A stretch of 64,000 bases of DNA from the human T2T-CHM13v2.0 reference genome, Homo sapiens, in the NCBI RefSeq assembly GCF_009914755.1, contig NC_060940.1; one strand, given 5' to 3'. The notes under the pieces are model-generated. The model was not told where the DNA came from. It made no database searches and worked only from the letters and a program-made list of their open reading frames with translations. Positions 33,357 to 64,000 of the stretch are shown here, piece after piece; within the stretch, counting starts at the first letter, position 1; every line of letters begins with the position of its first letter. The position numbers and the translations under genes were made by a program.

Positions 33357-34559
33357 TAGTAGAGATGAGGTTTCACCATGTTGGCGAGACTGGTCTTGAA
33401 CTCCTGACCTCAAATGATCCAACCGCCTTGGCCTCCCAAAGTGCTGGGATTATAGGCATGAGCCACTGTGCCCAGCCCCAAAGTAGTGTTTCTATGCAGG
33501 AAATCCCTTCTGGAATTTATCAGGAAATCTGTATGTTCTTCTGAATCCCAAAATCGATCAGTCAAGAAATTGGGAAAATGGGGAAAAGCATTATAATTCT
33601 CCTGTGAGAATTAATGCTTAACAATCAACATAGAGGCATTCCTGGCTTAAAGAAATCCACTGATGCCAAATTGAAAGCAAGAGAAGGCAACGTTGACACA
33701 CAGAGTCTAAAGTTAAGGTACTGTAATCCCGGTGCTCTGGGAGGCTGAGGCGGTTGGATCATTTGAGGTCAGGAGTTCGAGACCAGCCTGGCCAACATGG
33801 CAAAACCGTGTCTCTACAAAAAATACAAAACTTAGCCGGGCATGGTGGCATATGCCTCTAATCCCAGCTACTCGGGCGGCTGAGGCACAAGAATTGCTTG
33901 AACCCGGGAGGTGGAGTCGAGATCGCACCACTGCACCTGAGCCTGGGAGCTGCAGCAAGACTGTCTCAAAAAATAAATAAATAAAGTTAAGGTAGACATT
34001 TCCAGAATATGGGATAAGAGTACCTAGGAGATAAGTAGTCAAAATACTTTTTGTAGCTGTTGACACACTAAAAGTATATTTGTGGCTGTACCTGTTGTTA
34101 AGAGCGAGTCATTCCCACAAATATTAATGTTGACGTGCACTGTGTTTTATACAAATCCTACAAATGATGTTCTAATAAATAACAAGTTTTGGAAACACAT
34201 AAGTCCTTAAATTGGCAATTCTCTCCCTCTCTCTTTTTTTAAGAGACACGGTCTTGCTCTGTTGCCCAGGCTGGAGTGCAGTGGTGCAATCATAGCTCAC
34301 TATAGCCTCAAACTCTGGGCTCAAGTGATCCTCCTGCCTTGCCCTCCGAAAGTGCTGGAATTACAGGCATGTGCCACCACACTCAGCCTAAACTGGCAAT
34401 TTCAACTCGTGATTCTGTGTAGTGTTGTTAATCTTGTCAAATATTTGAACATTTTGTTATTTAAATACTACCCAACAATGTTCATTGGCATCTTCCAGTT
34501 ACTGAATATTTGCTACGGCCTACAGATCTTTGTAACTACTACTAAATGTGTATTTCTTA

Positions 34560-34863
<304 letters not shown>

Positions 34864-35649
34864 TCAAAAACAAACAAACAAACAAACAAACAAAAAAAAA
34901 AAACACAGAAAGTTATGAAAAATACAGAATAACATGCTTTCAGGAATTCCCCCAAATCCCATTTTTTCATTCCCAACTCCTGAAGATTAGTTTCCCTTTT
35001 GGGAACTTGGAAATCTTAGCCCAGAGGAACTGGATGAACTTCCCAGACAACCCAGTGGGATGGCAAATGGAGAGAGGTCATCCTTGTTGGCCTCCAGGAA
35101 GGCTCTACACAGGAGCTGGTCCTGGAATGGAGCTTCCTTCACCAACATCACCCTGGTGACGACTGAGAAAAGGTCATTCCAGAATTCCATGGGCTGAACC
35201 TAAAGCATTGGCTTGAAGCGTGAAATTTCTGTCATCTCAATCATTGGTACGAATGTTGACTTTCATCCCAGGGAGTATCTACTCACTTCAGTGTAGAAAG
35301 CGTTTTCTGTAATTCACCAGAGAAAAATGAATGCTCTCCATAAATGGAGGCCCTGTTAACCCACGGCCTTAACCCCGCTGTGTCCCAGCACAAGAAGTGG
35401 TACTGCATTGCTGACTTTGGGCAGGTTCCTTAACCTCTCAGAGACTCAATTTCTCCATCTGCAAAATGCAGATAATGAGAATATCCATGCCACAGGGATG
35501 CAGTGAGAACTAAATTACATCAGTCACAATGCCTGGTACAGAGTAAACCCTTGATAAATGGGAGGCGTTATTATTTCCTAGTACAACAGACCCAACGGTG
35601 AAGTCAGGAAGTGAGAGCTTGGTGAAGGGCCTTGGAACCACCCAAAAGG

Positions 35650-36620
35650 CTCACTCGCGCTGCTTCTCGGGCTAGGATTTTCCAGGTAGGTTAGGCCACC
35701 AGCTCAGGGCTGCGCCAGAAGTCTCCACGCCTCCACCCGAGGCGGGCGCCTGGGCTGAAAGGCCGCTTGTCCACATGGGTTCCCAGGTTGGCCTGCTAGG
35801 CTGACACCCTGGTGGAACCACTTGCCGTATGTCCTCGGGCGCTGGAGGTCTCCCAGCGCTGGCATACATAAGCCCTGGCGTGCGGGGCGGCTTCTGCGCT
35901 GGGGTCTCTGCGCGTGCACGGGCCTCAACATATGCATGGACGTCCAGGTGCCACGTGGGCATCTCGTGGTGCTGCAGAAGGCGGGAGGCCGGCGGGTCCC
36001 CTGCGCTTGTCCCCGCCACGGCCCTTGCCCGCTGTGGACCCGGAGGCTCAGTGCCGGCAGGACTCGGGACTCGGCGCCTCTCCCGGGGTGGCAGGCGCCT
36101 CGCATGGCACACTCAGACCGCTGGGAGGGTGGCCGCATGGGTGCGTGAGGAGGTGGGCGAGGCAGCCCAGTGCACCCCTCCCCTAGGCCTCTAGCAAGGC
36201 GGCCTCAGGCACTGGATGTGGTCCGAGTTCTGCCCTAAGCCCTTCCCATGCATTCGGGCGCCAGTGGCGAGCCAGATGGGTGCTGTGGCCTTAGGTTCGG
36301 GCAGGTGTAGGGCCGCTCGCCCTCCGATGTTACCGCGGTGGGTGAGCTGGGAAGCTCTTTCCGCCCTCGGGGCACAGGTAGTGGCTGGATCTTGGGGCAG
36401 CCAAGGGAGGCTTTAGGGGTCTTGGCTTGCTTGGGGAGCCCACTCACCTCCCCTTACCCTGGGGGATTGTTCTGGGTGCCCTCGGGGCCTTGCTGCCTCC
36501 CCCGGGAGCTCTGGTGTCCGGCACCGCCATGGAACTGGGCCGGACATTTGTCCGGAGGCCCCTCCTGGGCAGGAGCCTCCTGAGGGGCTCTGTCTTCAGC
36601 CCCTTCTCGTGAAGGGCTCT
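35650..36620. promoter_or_regulatory. CpG island 3, overlapping the BCL7C distal exon and 3'UTR
   Basis: High GC and CpG density in unique sequence. Confidence 0.75.
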
Positions 36621-36644
36621 CCTCGTCATTCTCACTCCCGAATC
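36444..36644 (-). CDS. BCL7C: BCL7C (BAF/mSWI-SNF subunit) long isoform, alternative last coding exon (66 aa + stop)
   Basis: Strong acceptor ttcttcttttctccgtacag|GAT; peptide DSGVRMTRRALHEKGLKTEPLRRLLPRRGLRTNVRPSSMAVPDTRAPGGGSKAPRAPRTIPQGKGR* recognised from memory as the C-terminus of the longer BCL7C isoform; upstream exons lie beyond the right edge. Confidence 0.85.
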   Translation of the reverse strand, partial: DSGVRMTRRALHEKGLKTEPLRRLLPRRGLRTNVRPSSMAVPDTRAPGGGSKAPRAPRTIPQGKGR

Positions 36645-37016
36645 CTGTACGGAGAAAAGAAGAATCTGGGTAGTGTTTCCTCTTCTCCCCACCTCACTGA
36701 GTTTCCACCAACTTGTCCCATTTATGACTTCCAAATGGCGCAAGTTGGTGGAAAGTCTTTTGCAAGCGATTAAGCTGGGTATTTTTGAGAGCAGGCAGAG
36801 GGTGAGGCAGGGCCTTGTAGGAAACCTGTAGGACCTCAGTTTCTGAAATTAGACAGTGCTGGGTTTGAATCCCAATTCCAGCCATTACTTGTAGTGTAAT
36901 CTTGGGCAAGCTACATAACTTCCTGTTAAGCTCTAAGACGGAGATAACCTAAAGGCAGCCTCAAATGATTCTGTCAGTGTGGTTGGTGCATCCACAGGCC
37001 ATCAGGGATATGTTCA

Positions 37017-39143
<2,127 letters not shown>

Positions 39144-39829
39144 GTGAGGACTTTAAATAAGAAGATGCAGATAAAGCACTTAGCACTGGGCCTGCAGCAT
39201 AGGACATGATTCAAATGAGTTAGTTTATTGAAGAGGGCAGGGGGTGGTAGCAGGAACAGACATCAGAGAGGCAGAGTGCAGAGAGGAGCTTTCCCAGGCA
39301 TGCTGTCTGGCTGATCAGGTGGCCAGTCAGTTGACTGGCACATGCTAACTGAGTCCCAACAAGGTGCCAGCCACTGGAGACATAATGGTGAACAATGCAG
39401 GGCCCTACAATTTTTCCTCCTCTATGGACTTCTCTCCAAGTCCTACTGGCTATCTTAGCTACAAACAATTCCCTACCACACTTTTCCCTTCAGGCTATTT
39501 TCATGAATAGAACCAGGACATTCCAGGCTTGGCTTCTTTCCTGTCCCAGGTTGGGCCACTGGCTTCACCACTGAACAGCCCGAGGTCTCAATTCAGGGCA
39601 CAGGCACTCAGCTAATCTCCACCAAAGTGGTTAGGAGCATGGGCTTTGAAATGGATGACAGAGGTTTGAATCCTGACTCAGCTTCTTCTTATCTGTGACC
39701 TTGGGTAAATAATATAACATTACAAAGCCTCAGTTTTCTTATTTGTAAGTAGGCATAATAATCCCTACCCAAAAGGAATGTGATGATTAAATGAGATTAC
39801 GTGAGTGTATGTGTATATAGTATACACAT

Positions 39830-39884
39830 ATAGATCAGAGATAGATGGTAGGTAGCTAGGTAGGTAGGTAGATAGATAGATAGA
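39830..39884. repeat. (TAGG)n(TAGA)n tetranucleotide repeat inside a MIR
   Basis: Direct reading. Confidence 0.8.
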
Positions 39885-39914
39885 GGCACTGAGTAACGTT
39901 AGTGGCTGCCATTA

Positions 39915-40133
<219 letters not shown>

Positions 40134-40847
40134 TTAGCAGGGATTGGTGGCAGTCACCTGTAGTCCTAGCTACTCAGGAGGCTGAGGCAAGAATTGCTTG
40201 AACCCAGGAGGCGGAGGTTGCAGTGAGCCAAGATCACGCCACTGCACTCCAGCCTGGGTGACAGAGCGAGACTCCGTCTCAAACAAACAAACAAACAAAA
40301 AAAACCCCCAAATAGATTATATCAGACCAGTGGCAAAATTTTTTTTCTGGGTATTAATAATGCATTATAGCATTTTCAGGAAGTTATAGCCATTTTATTT
40401 CAAACTTTCCCCAAATCGTTAACAGATAAATCAATGAAGAATGTCAGAAAGATTCTGGGAAAAAAATGTCTCTATGACAATAGCCAGGGTGGGCAAGTGG
40501 TTGCAAAGCACAGGGTGTATTTGAGTCCACAGGATCTACTGAGATCAAGGCCACTCACAACTCCTGGAGGTGGGTGCCATTCACTACCAGGTAAACAAGA
40601 GGTTTGTATAGTTAGTGCAACAGATTTCCAACAGATAACAGTACATTGTTTTAAGGAAAGGGCACCTCTTTCCTAGTTCATACAAAGTTGCTAAGAATTT
40701 ATGAATGAGCCGAAGAGCTGACTGTGGCCTCTCTAGAGGACAGAATGTGTACCACACTTGTCTATTGGGCTAGATTAGGACCTAACAAACCTGTGGCAGA
40801 GAGGAACTGTCTTCTCGCAGGGTCTGGGGCAAAGAGTGGGATTCCCT

Positions 40848-41390
40848 GGTGTGACAGACAGGATTCTAATAGATGCTCCCCTCAAGATTCCTGTCCCCTG
40901 GTTATTCAGTCAAGCACTAATTTAGGTGCTGCTGTGAAAGGATTTGGCAGATGTAATTAAAATTCCAAGTCAGTTGATATTAGGATACCGAGATTATCAC
41001 CTAGTCAGGTAGCCATTTAAAAGCAAGCTCTTCTCTGGCTGGTAGCAGAACAGGAAGTTATGAGGGGCATTTAAGCCATTGCTGACTTGAAGAAGGAGGC
41101 AGCCATGTGCTGAGGAATGCGGAGGCCTCCAGAGAGCTGCCACTACCCAACATCCAGCAAGGAGCTGACTTTGGCTAACAACCTAAACGAGCTCGAAAGT
41201 GGATTCTTCTTCAAAGCATCTGGATAAGAGCCCAGCTCAGCCAACACCTAGACTTTGCCCTTTTGAGACTGAGCTAAGAACCCAGTCACACCCATACAGT
41301 GGGACTTAGGGAACTGTGAGATAATAATTGGTTGTGGCTTTAAGCTGCTAAATGCGTAGTAATTTGTTATGCAGCAATAGGAAACAAATA
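40848..41390 (+). mobile_element. MLT1-family MaLR LTR
   Basis: Typical MLT1 end GAACTGTGAGATAATA...TTTAAGCTGCTAAAT...AATTTGTTATGCAGCAATAGGAAAC. Confidence 0.8.
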
Positions 41391-41579
41391 TTATTTGTTT
41401 CATGAAAGAGCTCAGCTGGAGATAACTTGGGAATCCCTCCAGGAGAGGACTCTGTCAGCTGTCTTGCATTATGCTGGTGGAGAGAACACATTTTCCCCAC
41501 TCCTGATGTTTACTTTTATGCAGGTAGAGATCTACAGGTGTAACATTACTGACCTTCCCCCACCTCCTGACTTACTTAG

Positions 41580-42053
<474 letters not shown>

Positions 42054-42112
42054 TAGTACTACCTGTGACTATGGATGGGTAAACATGGTCCAGAACTGAC
42101 GAAGAAGAAAGA

Positions 42113-42490
42113 TGTATTAGTCTGGTCTCACCTTGCTAAAGACATACCCGAGACTGGGTAATTTAGAAAGGAAAGAGGTTTAATTGACTCACGGTTCAGC
42201 ATGGCTGGAGAGGTCCCAGGAAACTTACAGTCATGGCGGAAGGGGAAGCAAACATGTCCTTGTTCACATGGTGGGAATAATAAGAAGTGCTGAGCAAAGT
42301 TGGAAAAGTCCCTTATAAAACTACCAGATCTCATGAGAACTCACTCACTGTCACAAGAACAGCATGGAGGTAACTGCCCCCTATGATTCAATTACCTCTC
42401 ACTGGGTTCCTCCCATGACACGTGGAGATTACAATGGGGACTATAATTCACGATGAGATTTGGGTGGGGGGACACAGCCAAACCATATCA
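42113..42490 (-). mobile_element. THE1-family MaLR solo LTR
   Basis: TGTATTAGTC...ACATACCCGAGACTGGGTAATTTA...GACACAGCCAAACCATATCA. Confidence 0.88.
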
Positions 42491-42727
42491 AAGACCTTAA
42501 TTAATGGTCTCCCTCATCTCTCCCACCCCTGCCAGAAACCACATATAAACATACAGCCCTGGAAGAACTGACCTAATCTGCTCACCCTTGAGCACTTAGA
42601 AGGGAGCTGCACAGGTAGACTGACTTGAGGAAAGATGCCTGCCTGCACTTGAAAAGCCCTGTAGGTAAGGCTTCCTATTCATGCCTTAATAGTCAGATAG
42701 TGGTCTGCAAATTTGTTCAATACTGGG

Positions 42728-43885
<1,158 letters not shown>

Positions 43886-44013
43886 CACTGGCCACTCAAG
43901 AGGAAACTTGCCTTACGCCACTTGCCTCTGTTTGATAGAACCTAACATACTATTCTGACTGCTAATTGTAAATAAAATAAGGAATAATTAAAGAAAAGTT
44001 ACAGCCCATCTAA

Positions 44014-44343
<330 letters not shown>

Positions 44344-44733
44344 TGAGCCACCGCGCCCAGCCATTCTCCTGACCTTGTGATCCACCCTCCTCAGCTTCCC
44401 AAAGTGCTGGGATTACAGGCGTGAGCCACTGCACCTGGCCAAAATGGTTTTAACTGAAGTAAAATTGATTGAAGTCTGTTTTTTAAAAAAAGTTACAAGA
44501 GCTCAAACTTCCTTGTCACCAATCCTGTTCCTTCCAAATCCCTGGCCATCCAGCCAAATCATGAGCAACTGCCCATGCGTTAGTATAGGTCTGTACTTCT
44601 GGCTATTTCTCATTCCAGACATAGCAAACAATCAAACATACTAGTCAAAATTCCGGCCACTGCGAGGCCATGACAGCAGATTTTGCAGACTCTTCTGTAG
44701 AATGAGAGATACTCCAGGAGGTCATAGACACTA

Positions 44734-44910
<177 letters not shown>

Positions 44911-44913
44911 CTA

Positions 44914-45135
<222 letters not shown>

Positions 45136-45169
45136 TTACCGGATCTGCTGGATCTCAAGCACCACACAG

Positions 45170-50048
<4,879 letters not shown>

Positions 50049-50515
50049 TGTTTCCTTGTTGATCATCTGTTCTATCCATTATTGAAAGTAGGGTATTGAG
50101 GCCAGGTGCGGTGACTCACACCTGTAATCCCAGCACTTTGGGAGGCCGAGGCCAGCAGATCGCCTGAGGTCAGGAGTTCAAGACCAGCCTGGCCAACATG
50201 GTGAAACTCCATCTCTACTAAAAATACAAAAAAATTCTAGCTGAGTGTGGTGGCACATGCCTGTAATCCCGGCTACTCAGGAGGCTGAGGCAGGAGAATC
50301 ACTTGAACCCAAGGCAGAGGTTGCAGTGAGCCAAGATTGTGCCATTGCATTCCAGCCTGGGTGACAAAGTGAGACTCCATCACAAAAAAAAAAAAAGGCT
50401 GGGCGCGGTGGCTCATGCCTGTAATCCCAGCACTTTGAGAGGCCGAGGCGGGTGGATCACGAGGTCAGGAGATCGAGACCATCCTGGCTAACACGGTGAA
50501 ACCCTGTCTCTACTA

Positions 50516-50797
<282 letters not shown>

Positions 50798-51698
50798 TTA
50801 GATGCATGTATGTTTTCAATTATTATGGCTTCCTGATGGATTGACCCCTTTATCATTATAAAATGTCTTTTGTATCTAGTAACAATTTTTGTCTTAAATT
50901 CTGGTTTGTCTGATATATATATTAGCATAGCCACTCCACATCCCCGTTTTTTGTTTTTTTGAGACTGAGTTTAGCTCTATTGCCCAGGCTGGATTGCAGT
51001 AGCACGATCTCAACTCACTGCAACCCCGGCATCCTGGGTTCAAGCATTTCCTGTGCCTCAGCCTCTCAAGTAGCTGGGATTACAGGCTCCTGCCACCTGC
51101 CTGGCTAATTTTTATATTTTTAGTAGAGACGAGGTTTCACCATGTTGGCCAGGCTGGTCTTGAACTCCTGACCTTGGGCAATCTGCCTGCCTCGGCCTCC
51201 CAAAGTGTTGGGATTATAGGCATGAGCCCCTGTGCCTGGCCTCCTTTTTTCTTTTTTTTTTTTTGGAGTCAGGGTCTTTCTGTCACTCAGGCTGGAATGA
51301 ATGGTACGATCGCAGCTCACTGCAGCCTCCACCATGCCTAGCTAACTTTTGTATTTTTTATTGTAGAGATGGGTTTTGCCATGTTGCCCAGGCTGGTCTC
51401 AAACTTCTGGGCTGAAGAAATATGCCTTCCAGGCTGGGCGTGGTGGCTCACACCTTTGGGAGGCCAAGGTGGGCAGATCACAAGGTCAGGAGATCAAGAC
51501 CATCCTGGCTAACACAGTGAAACCCCATCTCTACTAAAAATACAAAAAAATCAGCTGGGCATGGTGGCAGGCACCTGTAGTCCCAGCTACTCAGGAGGCT
51601 GAGGCAGAAGAATGGCGTGAACCCAGGAGGCAGAGCTTGCAGTGAGCCGAGATCGCATCACTGCACTCCAGCCTGGGTGACTGAGCGAGACTCCATCT

Positions 51699-51731
<33 letters not shown>

Positions 51732-51880
51732 AAAGAAATATGCCTTCCAAATTGCTGGGATTACAGGCATGAGCCACCACACCCAGCAAACACATCTCTT
51801 ATAGTTACTTTTGCATGGCATATCTTGTTATATCCTTTTACTTACAAACTATTTATCTTTGAGTATAAAGGCACTATATA

Positions 51881-57438
<5,558 letters not shown>

Positions 57439-58578
57439 CTACTCAGGAGTCTGATGCAGGAAAATCGCTTGAACCCAGGAGGCGGAGGTTGCACTGAGCC
57501 AAGATTGCACCATTGCACTCCAGCCTGGGCGACAAAGCAAGACTCCATCTAAAAAAAAAAAAAAAAAAAAGAAGAAAGTTATAAATAAAACTTTCTATTT
57601 TTTTGCATGTCTCATCATTTTTGGTTGAAAGTGACATTTTAAAAACCAAAGTCGGGTGCAGTGGCTCATGCCTGTAATCCCAGCACTTTGGGAGGCTGAG
57701 GCGGGCGGATCACGAGGTCAGGAGATTGAGACCATCCTGGCTAACACAGTGAAACCCCGTCTCTACTAAAAATACAAAAAATGAGCTGAGCATGGTGGCG
57801 GGCACCTGTAGTCCCAGCTACTCAGGAGGCTGAGGCAGGAGAATCACTTGAACCCAGGAGGCAGAAGTTGCAGTGAGTCAAGATCACACCACTCTACTCC
57901 AGTCTGGGCGACACAGTGAGACTCCGTCTAAAAAAAAAAAAAAAAAAAAAAGTGTGGCAGCTCTGAAAATTAGATTCCCCTCCTCCCTAGGCTTTGTTAT
58001 TGTCACTGTACGTTGTTGCTGCTATTTGTTATGTGAATCCCTAGACTAATTCAGTCGCATCTGTATTCTACGTTGTGCAGCCACTGAAGTCTGCTCTGTT
58101 AGAGCAGTTAGCCCAGTTAGCTTAGTTGTCAGCTAATGATTGGACAGAGATTTTCTTAAATGCCTTTCACAAATGACTCCCAGCTTTTCCGAGGGGCTCT
58201 ATGTGTGTGTCTCAGTGTTCCAAAGACAGTGTATAGCACTGCTCTAACCTTCCCTTGCTGCCGGCCGGCACAGAGCCACAAGGTCAGCTAGAGGTGAGAG
58301 CGTAGGGACTTCTCAGGTCTTTTCTCTGTATGTTCACAGCCCTAGACATGCTGGTGACCTAGGAATTCCTAAGAATATGTCAGAGCTTTGCTCTCTATTG
58401 GATATGGCATGGTTTTCTTTCCTTTTAAGTTTTTTTGTCAGCCTCTTATATCTCCAACTGGTATTACCACCCCAGGCACTTGTGATGTTAAACAGTTGTC
58501 ACTGCCTGTTTTTGTTTGTTTTCAACAAATGCCCTAGGGACATGGCTGTTAGTAAAGGAAAAGTCCTGAGTCAGGTCA

Positions 58579-58791
<213 letters not shown>

Positions 58792-59258
58792 TCACTAGAA
58801 CTCAGGAGGCAGAGGCTGCAGTGAGCCAAGATTGTGCCACTGTACTCCAGCCTGGGTGACAGAGCGAGACTCCATCTCAAAAAAAAAAAAAAAAAAAGAT
58901 AAACCCTGAGAATAGAGCTTTTCAAGGAGTCAGCGGATAGGTCAAATAATGACACTTCTCTGGAAACAGAGCTTTTGTTGAGGTTCAAACCTGTTCTGCC
59001 CCTCTAATGGCTGCTAGGCTATTGGTTCTCACAGGTCTCTTAGTTGTGAGGCTCTTAGTTACCAAGATTGCTGTGGACCAAGGGAGAGAAGAATGGGAGC
59101 AGAGCAAGTTAAAACACCACAAAACTCACTCTCCTTACTAGGATTCAGCTGTTTTTTCTTGAAAAACCATGCCTTGGAGGCCGGGCGTGGTGGCTCATGC
59201 CTGTAATCCCAGCACTTTGGGAGGCCAAGGCGGGTGGATCACCTGAGGTCAGGAGTTA

Positions 59259-59528
<270 letters not shown>

Positions 59529-59644
59529 TTAATTTATAGAGTTCTGAAAAAGCTGATTTGGGCAATTTTTGCCAGTGTTCTCATTGCTTTTATGGGGGAA
59601 TGGATTTTTGGAAGTCTTTAGTCTGCCATTGCAGAGTATTTCTC

Positions 59645-60128
59645 TCCTGCTTCCTTTATACACTAGGAGAAACCCTAGGTCTGGTAGCCAAGATCCTGAC
59701 TCCATTGCCACAGTGAAGAGTCCCAGCCTCTCATTCCTTTCCAGACCTAAGTCATTAGCGGACCCAGAGCTCCTTGATTGAAGGAGATAACCAGTACCCT
59801 GGAGGAAGGTCCTTGCAGCATAAATCTTCCTTCAAGCCTTTCCGAAGTGACCTATGGCCACTCACCAGGGTGTCTGTGCCTTGGGGAGAGGGAATATCCA
59901 GGCTCCTTAGGGATTACTAGACATGGGCTCTAAGTTTATGCTTATTCCTAGGGACCCAAAACGCCAGTGTGCTCCACCAGTCAAAATAAGGGCTTAAGGG
60001 GGTCAGGGGACAGATGGAATCTTAATTCCAGGCCTCCTCAGTGGGCCCCAGTGGTTCACAGACCCATCCTGTGGTTACTTCCTCAATGCCAGGAAAAACC
60101 TAGAATAGACATATTTGGTAGTTGGCAC
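59645..60128 (+). mobile_element. ERVL gag-end/protease remnant
   Basis: GGATTACTAGACATGGGCTCT = GLLDMGS (HERV-L GLLDTGS); ends IDIFGSW. Confidence 0.75.
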
Positions 60129-60129
60129 A

Positions 60130-64000
<3,871 letters not shown>

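Noticed and set aside
35672-36194. Several 90-146-aa ORFs on both strands
   Set aside because: CpG-island artefacts downstream of the BCL7C stop; no family similarity recognised

Overview
Human genomic DNA (a human-specific AluYb8 is present). It is extremely Alu-dense and almost entirely non-coding. The one real coding segment I recognise is the distal alternative last exon of BCL7C on the minus strand (36444-36644), recalled from the peptide sequence. That places the window at 16p11.2 and makes everything right of 36644 BCL7C intron. Other content: three CpG islands (~6.9-7.7, 15.7-16.2, 35.7-36.6 kb); a processed pseudogene of ADISSP/C20orf27 split by an LTR3-like solo LTR with a 6-bp TSD; a five-level nest (ERVL > L1 > Tigger3 > Hsmar1 > Alu); MaLR LTRs; and the 5' part of an HERV-H provirus with a tRNA-Phe primer binding site. 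The most unusual observations are an ERVL whose LTR-gag-pro half appears inverted against its own pol, a BCL7C stop codon embedded in a consensus splice donor, and an Alu-masked ~120-bp inverted repeat. I found no convincing novel multi-gene system. Repeat family names come from remembered consensus sequences, and boundaries are approximate unless a TSD is quoted.
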